This document shows, piece after piece, positions 1-9,837 of a DNA stretch of 64,000 nucleotides (positions are counted from its first letter, which is position 1; each line of letters starts with the position of its first letter). The translations under genes were made by a program, and so were the position numbers. The stretch is from contig MU058824.1 in NCBI GenBank assembly GCA_013265495.1, positions 4,803,111-4,867,110 of the forward strand. The letters are read 5' to 3'. The notes beneath the pieces are model-generated. The model did no database searches, was not told the DNA's origin, and saw only the letters and a program-made list of their open reading frames with translations. The stretch is from Vicugna vicugna (Eukaryota).

Positions 1-189
1 ATTTTGGGCTGGTTAATTCTTTATTGTAGGGGAGCTGTCCTGTGCATTGTAGGATGCTTAGCAGCATCCATAGCCTCTATCCACCAGGTATCAGTAGCAA
101 CCTCCTCAATTGTGACAACCAAAACTCTCTGGACACTGCCAGTTGTCCTCCCCCTGGGGGCAGAATTGTGCCTAATTGAGAACCACTGG
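1..189 (-). mobile_element. MER20-like hAT DNA transposon relic (cut by window edge)
   Basis: Reverse complement starts CAGTGGTTCTCAA...GCCCCCAGGGG and contains ATCCTACAATGCACAGGACAGC, as in the recalled MER20 consensus. Confidence 0.75.
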
Positions 190-360
190 TCTAGGTTCAT
201 TAATGTAGGAATTAGAAAATAATATTCTCATTCTATCCTTCTTTCTTTATGAGGTAGAATACTTCTACAGAGAGAAACTTTCCCACGCTATTTGTTGCCC
301 AGAGATGTATTTCACTTTTTCAACAAAAATGCTTAATTGTTTCCCTTTTATTTTACCAGC

Positions 361-404
361 TTTTAAAGTAGTAGTGAGTTAGTTTTAAAGTAGTAGTGAG
401 TTAG
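361..404. repeat. Perfect 22-bp tandem duplication (TTTTAAAGTAGTAGTGAGTTAG x2)
   Basis: Directly visible at 361-382 and 383-404. Confidence 0.9.
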
Positions 405-1139
405 TTTTCTAGCATTCTCCAACAGTGACCAATGAGGTTTTTTTGGTGGTGGTGGTGTTTTCTGGTACCATCATGAACTCATCATTTAACACATATATGA
501 TGTGTCTCAATCGCTGGCAGTTTAAAAAATCATTTTTGATGTTTAAATTGTCCTGTTTTGACCAGTGGAAACTTATTCAAATTGGCTCCTGAGTCCTTTT
601 GACATGACCTGTAAGATTTCTTGCTGTTTGGTATAATACAATGTTCCAGGCTCATTTTGTGCCTTCCTAGACTGGAGCTAGTTTCAGCTATTTTTTCCAA
701 TGATTCATGGTTCCTTTTAGTTGGAGATGGTGTTTAGAGACCACAACCTGGGTACTAGGGATATAATGTTATTTGACCTCAGGAAGAGTAAATGTAGTTG
801 ATTACCTCTTCTTCTCGAAACAGTCCCAGTATCTCTTTATTATGAAAAATTCCAAACATGCAGAAAAATTAGAATGCACAATGAACATCTATATACCCTC
901 ACCTAGATTCAACAATTGTTCTTAACATTTTGTCATGTTTGTTGTGTCTAATGTGGCCTGATATGACAGATGATATAGTATGGTATAGTATAGTACACTA
1001 TACTACAATATAATTTTTTGTTGTACCATTTGAAAATAAGTTGCAGGCATTATGACACTTCATTAGTATTATCTCCTTAACTCATTTTCTGTGTAACCAT
1101 GATACCATTATCATATCATGAATTACTTTATTTAGTTTC

Positions 1140-1840
1140 TTGATTCTCCTCATATTTTATTGGCTCCTTCTTCTAGATCTCTTTTGCTGATTCTTCGTCA
1201 TCATTCTGACCTCTGAACAGTGGCATATCTAGGGCTCTATCATTGGACCTCTTCTCTTTTCTCTACATACAGACATGATGGGTCATCCCATTAACTCCAA
1301 GGTTTAAAATACTATTTATATGCTGATGACTCCCATTTTCTCTCACCCCAACCTCTCCTCTGAACTCTAGACTCCTGTATTCAGTTGCTTACTTACATGT
1401 CCAGTTGGATATCTAGTTGGTTTTTCAAAATCAGTGGGTGCAAAACAGAACTCTTGAATCCTGCCCCTTCTTCCCCAGCTTTTCTCTAAGACTTTCCCAT
1501 TTCCAGTCTATTAGGTGCCCAAGCAAGACAATGTAGTTAGTTATCCTTGACTCTTCTCTTTCTCTCTCTCCCCTATATCTAGCCCATCAGCAATTTGTGT
1601 TTGTTCTATGTTTGAAATCTATCCATAACCTGACCACTCTGACACTTCCACTGCCTCTGACCCAGTTGAGGCCACCACTGTCTCTTGCCTGGGTTGTTGC
1701 AATAGCCTCCTTCTGGTCTCCCTGCTATGCCTTTGTCTCCCTACAGCAGCCAGAATATGCTTTTAAAGTATAATTCAGATCATTTTCTCTCTCTGCTCAG
1801 AACCTCTCATCTCACTCAAAATCATATCCAAAATCTTTCC
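1140..1840 (+). mobile_element. Degenerate L2 LINE fragment
   Basis: Typical L2 motifs (TATATGCTGATGACTCCCA, ATCCTTGACTCTTCTCTTTCTCT, TTGCAATAGCCTCCT, CTCATCTCACTCA); boundaries approximate. Confidence 0.6.
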
Positions 1841-2039
1841 TACAATTTTTTCTTTCTAATATTTTACCTTTAATTTCTATTTCTTTGCTTAAGACCATCA
1901 ATATAATGTTGAGTGAAGCAGAGGCAGTAGACACTTGTACTTATTCCTGATCTTTAAAAGAATGTTTTTAATGTTTTACTATTAAGTTTCGTATTTACTG
2001 TAGGTTTCTTTTTTTGTAGGTACCTATACTAATTCACTG

Positions 2040-2370
2040 TTATCAGAGAAGTGCCATGTAACTAGCCATATCAAAACTCAGTGGCATAAAAATGATGATT
2101 CATTCTCATAAATCTGTGGGTTGACTGGGGTCAGCATTCTAAACTGGGACTGGCTACAGGGTTTTGCTGTGCTCCATCGGTCTCTCACTCCTCCTGGGAC
2201 CAGCAGGATAGCCTGGGTATGCTTGTCCCGTGGTGAGGGAAGAAGGGCAAGAAGACAAGCACAGTTTTGCAACTGCTGTTCATGTCTTTGGGTCACATCA
2301 TATCTGTCAGCATTCCAATAGCCAAAGCAAGTCATACGGCCAAGCCCAAAGTACACTGTCTACAGAGGTG
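2040..2370. mobile_element. ERVL-MaLR (MLT1-like) LTR relic
   Basis: AAAACTCAGTGGCATAAAA...TCTGTGGGTTGACTGGG and ATTCCAATAGCCAAAGCAAGTCA resemble MLT1 LTRs. Confidence 0.5.
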
Positions 2371-2564
2371 GTGGTAGGAAGGGAGAAAAGATTTTTAACA
2401 ATGATACATTACATTTATTTTCTAATGTTAAACCAACTTTGCATTTATGGAATAAACCCAGCATGATCTTGATGTGTCCTCCCTATTCTGCCTCCCTCTA
2501 CTTTTCTCTCTTTTTCTTTTTTCACACTATTAGATTTGGGTTGCTTTTCTTTGCATTTTACAAT

Positions 2565-3010
2565 TTTATTTTTTTATCAGCTTTATGTTGAGATATAATT
2601 TACGTACCATGTAATTCACCCACTTAAAGTTTACAATTCAGTGGTTTTTATTATATTCACAGAGTTCTGCAACTATCACCACAAGCAACTGTAGAATATT
2701 TTCATCACCCCAAGGAGAAATCTTATGTCCATTAGCAGTCACTCCCTATATCCACATTCACCACTTGCTCCCAAACTCCCTTACCTCCAGCCCTTGGCAA
2801 CCATGAATTCACTTTCTGATTGTACAGATTTGCCTCTTCTGGCATAATGTTTTTAAGGTTCATTCATGTTATAGCATGTACCAGTACTTCATTGTTTTTA
2901 AATTTCTGAATAATATTTCACGGTATGAATAGAATGTGTTTATCTATTCATCAGTTGATGGTCATTTGTGTTGTTTCCACTTTTTGGCTGTTATGAATGA
3001 TGCTCCTATG
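2565..3010 (-). mobile_element. Old L1 3' end (antisense), interrupted by a younger L1
   Basis: TTGAGATATAATTTAC...TTTACAATTCAGTGGTTTTTA...; the element resumes briefly after 3762. Confidence 0.7.
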
Positions 3011-3188
3011 AGATTCCTAAAAAAACTAAAAATAGACTTACCATGTGATCCAGCAATCCCACGCCCGGAGGGAACTCTAATTTGAAAAGATATATGCACC
3101 CCAGTGTTCATAGCAGCACTATTTACAGTAGCCAAGACATAGAAACAACCTAAATGTCCATTGACAGATGGCTGGATAAAGAAGTTCT

Positions 3189-3224
<36 letters not shown>

Positions 3225-3744
3225 GTGTGTATATGTGTGTGTATGTGTAGATATACACATAACTCAGCCATAAAAAAGAATAAAATAATGCCACTTGCAG
3301 CAACATAGTTGGGCCTAGAGATCGTCATTCTAAGTGAAGTAAGCCAGAAAGAGAAAGGAAAATACCATATGTTATCACTTATATGTGGAATCTAAAAAAG
3401 AAAAGAAAAAAAGGACACTATGAACTCATCTACAAAACAGAAACTGACTCACAGACACAGAAAACAAACTTATGGTTACTGGGGGAAAAGGGGTGGGAAG
3501 GGATAAATTGGAAGTTAGAGATTTGCAGATAACTAACTACTGTATATAAAATAAGCAGCAAGTTTCTACTGTATGGTACGGAGAACTATATTTAATATCT
3601 TGTAGTAACCTATAACAAAAAAGAACATGAAAAGGAACATATGTATGTATATGTATGACTGAAACATTATGCTGTACACCAGAAACTGACACAATATTGT
3701 AAACTGACTATATTTCAATGAAAAAAAATTGTCCTTAAAAGAAA
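3011..3744 (+). mobile_element. Young 5'-truncated L1 with A-tail and 18-bp TSD
   Basis: ORF2 C-terminal remnant plus 3'UTR (GCTGTACACCAGAAACTGACAC); perfect TSD ATGAATGATGCTCCTATG at 2993-3010 and 3745-3762. Confidence 0.9.
3190..3250. repeat. (TG)n microsatellite inside L1
   Basis: Directly visible. Confidence 0.9.
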
Positions 3745-6700
3745 ATGAATGATGCTCCTATGTACAAGTTTTTGTGTGGATTTATTTGTGGACTTTTTTT
3801 CAGTAAATACTACAATACTACAGATCAGTAATTGGTTGAATTCACAATACAGAGCTGCGGATATGTTGTATGTAATCTTTTGAAGTTCATTCTTCATTCT
3901 TTTCCCTTCTTTCAATTTTGGTTGTCTCTTGATCTGAGGAATTTTTTTCAAAGGTACCATGATTTTCTTTTTGTTCCTCAGACAGGGGATTTAGGCTCGC
4001 CCAGTATTGACTTATAATCAAATGATTCATCTGGGATCTATGAAATTTTTTTGTCTGGTAACTATTTTAATTGATTTTTAAAAACTGAGGTATAGTTGAC
4101 ACATAACATTATATTAGTTTTAGGTGTACAACATGATTCGTTATTCATATTTCTACGAAATTTTACAGCAATTCCTGGTCAAGATCAAAGGCAGAACCAC
4201 AGAAAGTTGTAGATTGCTGTTTTGGAGACCGGGCAGGCTATGTGGAGTCAGAAGCGCACTGTCGTGGTTTTCCTAACTGGACCTTCATCTTGTAGATGGG
4301 TGTAATCCTGGAGAAACACCTCTCTGCCACCACATCCGGCTCTCATTAGAAGTTGTGGGTAGGTTACTGTGATGACTGTCCCGCAGAAGGAGGCACCAAG
4401 GCAACAAGCATTCCTGTGGGCCCTTGAGCTAGCTCTTTCACTCCTTTCCCAGGATGGAACATCCTTCTGATCTTCAGGGATTTAGAAATATTCTTTACAC
4501 AGATGGAAACAATAGTAGTAACAGGCCATGTTACCAATAGCAATGAGCTGTTTCTTCACAAACCATAAATCTAAGACCAATTGTAACTTGTTTCCTAAAT
4601 TAACTCATACCCAGATTCTAACTGCCACTTTTTTTTTCTTTTCTGTAGAATTTGTTCCAGTCCCTGCATCCTAATCTTTATCTCAACTTCAAATTCTAAA
4701 CTTTCCATTTCTCAACTTCACAGACTCTTTTCCCTGAACCCCTAGCCTGTTATTTTTCTCAACTCTTTTTCTTTTCTCCCATTCCCACCAAAGTCTAACC
4801 AAACAGCAATGAATTGCTGCTTGGTTATTAGCAATTAAAGAGAGCTAGACACTGGGCCAGATGTTCTTTACGCATGATCTCATCTGTCTTATCCTACTCA
4901 GTGACATTAATTTAGCAATTTCATAGATGAGAAAACCGAGGGCTGATGAAATGAATTGGGCCAAAGTCCGTATCTCCAGTGTTTTTGTATTGTTTTGTTT
5001 TATATTATGATGCCTTTGGCTCTAAGTAAAAGAAAACTTAAAAGTGGCCTTGACAATAATGAAATTAATTATTTCATAAGAAAGTTGGTTAGTTCAGAGG
5101 CACCACATTACCATCGAGAATCAGGCCTTCCTACTCTACCATAGACTCTGATGGAGTCAGGCTTTGTCCTCAAGTTAGCTTAGCTTTCCACAAGCTTTCA
5201 CGATGCCTACCAAAGTTCCAGCATCACATCCTCAGAATTTCTTGAGGCAGGCAAAGACACCACTCCTTTTGGTCCATCTCTCTAATTTGTTGCGCACCTT
5301 CCTTAAGAACAAAGAAACTTTTCCCAGGGCACTCCCACATCCCGGCAGACTAGTCTTCAAGTGTCTAGACTGCCACAAGCCCATGCCTAACTGGTCACTG
5401 GCAAGGGAAATGGGACCACTATGATGAGGTTAGACTCATCGAGATTCATTCCTATGGCTGGCTCCAAGCTTCCCTGAAGTTCCTGGCTACTTGGCAGAAC
5501 AAAATTAAAGTTCTGTTAGGAAGAAGGGAGATGGGGGTAGCACCCAACAGTGTCTTACAGAATCCAAAAGTCCAGGTTGTTAACCTCAACATACTACTGC
5601 TATTCCGGGCTCTCCCCTCAGCTCCCACCCTCACTTTAGCACATTTCCTTAACTGTGAGCCAAGTCCCCCACAACTCCAGCTCTAAATGACACATACCAA
5701 GGCTGTCCTTGGCAGAATAGTGAGGAACATGAAATGTACTCTCTGGGGTCCAGTGCTCTTGTGCAATTTACAAGAAGTCAGGGACATGTGCTTGGTTAGC
5801 TAAGGCACCACCGTCACAGCATGGGGGTGGGGAGAAGAGGCTCTGCCTCATGGAGAGTGGACCAGCCTGGCCCTCATCCAGCTCGAGTTCCAGTCATGCT
5901 CCCCCACCTCAGCCCTCCAACACCGAGATCTTTTTTAAGATCTGTAGTTCTCTTAGAATCTGAATGGTTTTCTTAACAAATTCTAACTTGCCTTCTAATC
6001 TTAAGCCCCAATATTACCCTCATATCTCCTTCCCTCGAATTTTCCCAGTGAGAAAAGCTGTATCCACTGAATTTACTAACCATTCACTGAGCTCCCATTT
6101 GTGTTAGAAGCTAGACACAATTCTACACAATTGGAAAGGAAATTAAATTATAGTAGCTATGTTACCAGGTGCTGGGGTAAGTTCTTGACACACACTATCT
6201 GACTTTATCCTTAAAAGCACCCTGGTAGGTTAGGCTATTTTAACCTTCACATTAAGAATTTGGGGAATTCAAGTTCAGAAGAAGTCAGCTGCTCAGAGAA
6301 GGTAAGATTAGCTCAAGGCCACAAGGTATTAGAAGCCCATGACTGCCTGACCTCACGCTCATGCCCTTTCCCCTGCCCCACCATTCTGGCTTCATCCTGG
6401 CTTTTTTATTGTTACAAAACATATTTGCATACATTAATTTGAACTGCACAGCAGTAGCAGGGTGAGTAGTAGTATCTGTATTTTATAAATGAGGAGTAGT
6501 ATGGTTCAGAGATACTAAATGACTTCACGTGGAGCTTAGCTTTTCTGCCTCCAACATAAGAGTACTTTCTGCCACTGTAGAGTGTGCCTGGAAGAGCAAC
6601 GCATATTTGTTGAGTGGATGATGATCTGGATGACAGAAGTCATTCCTGTCAAATTATATTACAGAAAATAAACTGTCACTGGCTAGAGGTCTCTAGGTTC

Positions 6701-6959
6701 CTCCCCTCTGGGCTTTCCTAGGAACTCCATCACCTTCAATCAAGACTCACAAAGAGTAGAATCCACATCTCCTCAGGCAGATCTCAGACTGGGGCTTAAG
6801 AAGAACGGGTCCTCTTTAGAGACAGAGCTCAGTAGACCTATCAGCTTTTGCTCCCTCTCCTCCCACTTCTGGGCTTCCTCTGGTCCTGGAGTGGGGAGGC
6901 TGTACTCAGGCTTCTCACTGCCCCCATGTGGCAGGACTGCATTTGTTCTGGAGTAGACA

Positions 6960-7148
6960 GACCAGTGAGCCTCTGCTCTCCGGTTCTGCCAGCCTTGGCC
7001 CTGGCAATCATCACACTAGTGCCCCCTCCCCTCTCCTCCCTGAGCCCCGCCTTCTGCCTCTGACTCAGCCCCACAGCCCTGGACACAGTCAGTACACACA
7101 GCCCAGAGGCTCAGCTCAAAGAGAAACAAAAGGAACTGCCTGGTTCTC
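6960..7148 (+). promoter_or_regulatory. Putative FAM166B proximal promoter / 5'UTR
   Basis: Directly upstream of ATG 7149; X-box-like TTGGCCCTGGCAAT (6995-7008), GC box CCCCGCC (~7045), TGACTCAGC (7061-7069); TSS not determinable. Confidence 0.45.
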
Positions 7149-7210
7149 ATGGCTATGGCCAGCACCTTCATACCAGGGCTGAACCCTCAGAACCCTCATT
7201 ATATCCCAGG
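7149..7210 (+). CDS. FAM166B: FAM166B coding exon 1
   Basis: ATG 7149; MAMASTFIPGLNPQNPHYIP; donor GG|GTAAGA. Confidence 0.92.
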
Positions 7211-9030
7211 GTAAGACTTCTACCCAGAGCACAGCCCCACTTGCTTCTGGGAATAGGGGAATAAGGATATAGGACTTGTGCCACCTCAACCTGGGGGGCC
7301 AAGTGGACATACTGGTATGGGAGGCCTAGGGCTGGAGTATCTATGATGTTGGATGGAAAAGGAAAAGCAAGGGAGCAGTAGTAGTCAGGACTGCCATGAA
7401 GCTTTCTGTTGTGTTCTCCATGGTAATAGGGCAACAGCAGAAGGGAAGGGTTGAAAACTCAGACAGACAACTAAGTAATGCCTGCTCCAAATATTTACAC
7501 AGTTGAGTCCAGAAAAGATCAGGGCTTCAGAGGTCTTTGCTTCTGTCTCTGGGGATGGTGAGCAGGGAGATTCTGGAGGTGAGTGGGTGAGACTTGTGCT
7601 ACAGGTACACGGGACACTGCCCACTACTTCGGTTCAGCATGGGCCAGACCTATGGGCAGATGACTGGTCAACTACTTCGAGGCTCTCCTGGCCTAGCCTG
7701 GCCCCCTGCCCACCGCACACTTCTGCCTCCTATTCGGCCTCCAAGATCTCCCGAGGTTCCCAGGAGAAGCCTGCCTGTCAGGCGTGGGCATGAAAGGCTC
7801 AGCTCCAGCATGGCCCCTGGGTACACAGGTATGCACACAGGTATGAACAGGTACCCCCAATACAGAACATGGGTCCCAAACACTAACAAATCTTCCTTGC
7901 CCCTGCCCACCCAGGTTTTGTACCCCAGGCACAATTCATCTTTGCCAAGAACTGCAGCCAGGTTTGGGCTGAAGCTCTGAACGATTTTGCTCAGTGGTAT
8001 GCAGGAAAAGGGAATCAGGAGCTCCCAAGGGAAACCAAGGGAGAAAAAGATGTGGAGAAAGACCAAGAGCCAAATTCGGAGCCAGAACTGGAGGCAGAAA
8101 AGGACCCAGAACCAGGGCAGGAGGTGGAACAAGTGAGACCGAGAAGGAGGAGGTGGGGAGTAGGTGGGGTGGGAGTGGGGAGCCTTACCTCTGTGTGGCC
8201 TGGCCTGGAGGTAGCGGGCTGTGGGTACAGGGGGTGTGGGCTGGACTGCCAGCTTCACCTCCCTGGGAGCTTGAGTTACAGCCCAGAGGCTGAATTTGAT
8301 AGCCGTGTTTTTCTTCTATCAACTTGTCTCATAAGGCTTCCCCTTATTCCATGGATGACAGAGATCCTCGCAAGTTCTTTATGTCAGGTGAGAGGAAGTG
8401 GGTTATGACCAAAGATGTGGGGAGGTGCCCAGGAGGTCCTGACTTTGTATCCACTACCCCCACCCCCAGGCTTCACTGGTTATGTGCCCCGTGCTCGCTT
8501 CCTCTTCGGCTCCAGCTTTCCTGTGCTTAGCAACCAGGCACTGCAGGAATTTGAACAGATGAAGTCACCGGGCAGATCCCAGAAGGATCCTAAACATCTC
8601 CCACCACTTTCCAGGACCTACCCTCAGAATCTGGGCCTTTTACCTAAATATGGAGGCTACGTGCCAGGTGAGAATAGCCCCAGAGGGAGGCTTTGGGGAC
8701 TGGAATATTTGTGTGTGTGATAGGTGGAGGTGGTTTGTGGGGTTTGAACTAGTAGATATGGGGGGACCCTGTATCCTATGGTTCAGCCTTATCATTGGGC
8801 AGGAAAGGAAACTGACATAGCTCACAGTGGGCAGTCAGGACCAGATTTTGTAGGGCAACTGGGAGGTCCTAGGCAATTGGCTGAGAAATAAACAACTTCC
8901 CTATGCCTCTGGTTACAAATGACACTCTCCTGACCACACAGGGTATAAGTTCCAGTTCGGCCGCACGTATGGGCATCTCACCCATGATGCTCTGGGTCTC
9001 AGCACCCTCCAGAAGCAGCTCCTGACATAG
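7149..9030 (+). CDS. FAM166B: FAM166B / CIMIP2B, ciliary microtubule inner protein 2B (spliced, 6 coding exons, 843 nt, 280 aa)
   Basis: Join 7149-7210, 7605-7828, 7915-8132, 8336-8387, 8470-8667, 8942-9030 gives MAMASTFIPGLNPQNPHYIPGYTGHCPLLRF...YGGYVPGYKFQFGRTYGHLTHDALGLSTLQKQLLT*; all GT-AG, phases consistent; PGYxGxxP repeats; position next to RUSC2 matches known synteny. Confidence 0.95.
7605..7828 (+). CDS. FAM166B: FAM166B coding exon 2
   Basis: tacAG|; YTGHCPLLRF...MAPGYT; donor CAG|GTATGC (alternative donors at 7840 and 7850). Confidence 0.9.
7915..8132 (+). CDS. FAM166B: FAM166B coding exon 3
   Basis: Branch point CACTAAC 7881-7887, ccAG|; FVPQAQFIFAKNCSQVWAEAL...EVEQ; donor CAA|GTGAGA. 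Confidence 0.92.
8336..8387 (+). CDS. FAM166B: FAM166B coding exon 4
   Basis: taAG|; ASPYSMDDRDPRKFFMS; donor CAG|GTGAGA. Confidence 0.9.
8470..8667 (+). CDS. FAM166B: FAM166B coding exon 5
   Basis: ccAG|; FTGYVPRARFLFGSSF...YGGYVP; donor CAG|GTGAGA. Confidence 0.92.
8942..9030 (+). CDS. FAM166B: FAM166B coding exon 6 (to stop)
   Basis: acAG|; YKFQFGRTYGHLTHDALGLSTLQKQLLT; TAG 9028-9030. Confidence 0.92.
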
Positions 9031-9155
9031 GTACCTGGACTTCAAGTTCTCTCTTCCCTTTTCATCCTCTCAGCTATCCTTTCAGAAGGAAGAAAGGTGG
9101 GCTGGAGGGTGGGAGGAGGCACAAAAAGAAAATGGTTTGGAGGCCGAGCACCTTT

Positions 9156-9161
9156 TTTATT
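9156..9161 (-). terminator. Probable RUSC2 poly(A) signal AATAAA
   Basis: TTTATT on + strand; U-rich sequence follows on the - strand; about 475 nt after the stop codon. Confidence 0.7.
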
Positions 9162-9170
9162 AATAGGTGT

Positions 9171-9190
9171 AATAAATAAATAAATAAATA
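9171..9190 (+). terminator. Probable FAM166B poly(A) signal(s), overlapping AATAAA in an (AAAT)n tract
   Basis: AATAAATAAATAAATAAATA; first AATAAA downstream of the FAM166B stop. Confidence 0.6.
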
Positions 9191-9635
9191 CATAAACAGA
9201 AGCCTGGGCTCCTCCTCCCTCTTCTGACCACCAGGCACTGGCCACAGCCTATTTACAGCTGGGGGCTTAGAGAACTGGCCCCAATACTGTCACACATCCT
9301 CCTCACCACCTGGCCTAGGGAACCCTGCGAATGGGCTTTCTGGTCATCTCCCTCCACAGGGGTGCACCTGTCTGTACCCATGGAAGGGCTGGCCCAGATG
9401 GGCCAGGGAAATTCTGGCAGCCCAGTGCTGCGTCCCTTCCCTCCTTTCCTGGGTGGAGGTTTGGACGAGGTCACTGGGACAGTTAAGGGGGAGTAATTAA
9501 TACTGAGCACAGGGATATGTGGCCCCCAGCTCTTGGGCTACTTTCTGTAGCCAAGCCGGAGGGCTCAGGAAGGGCTCTCAGGCTAAGAGTCTGGGGGTTG
9601 TAAGGGTCCCCGAGGCTACCAGCATGCACAGGGCC

Positions 9636-9837
9636 TCAGTTTTGGCTGCTTCCAGGGGTTGGACTTGGAGTTGGGGTCAAAGTCACATAGGCCAGAGGCA
9701 CCAGTCCAGTGTCAGGACCACGGCTGCAGCGCAGCCAGTCTCCTCCTGCTGGCCCCAGCACCCGCAGGAGATCTCCCTTGTGGAAGCTCAGCTGTCCAGG
9801 GCCCGTGGCCAGATGGTGGCACAGTGCCTTCACCTCG
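9636..9837 (-). CDS. RUSC2: RUSC2 last coding exon (SH3 domain, stop)
   Basis: cacAG|C GAG GTG AAG; ends GSSQN TGA. Confidence 0.93.

Noticed and set aside
7668..8258. 196-aa - strand ORF with a hydrophobic stretch
   Set aside because: Antisense shadow of FAM166B exons 2-3; hydrophobicity mirrors Glu/Lys codons on the sense strand
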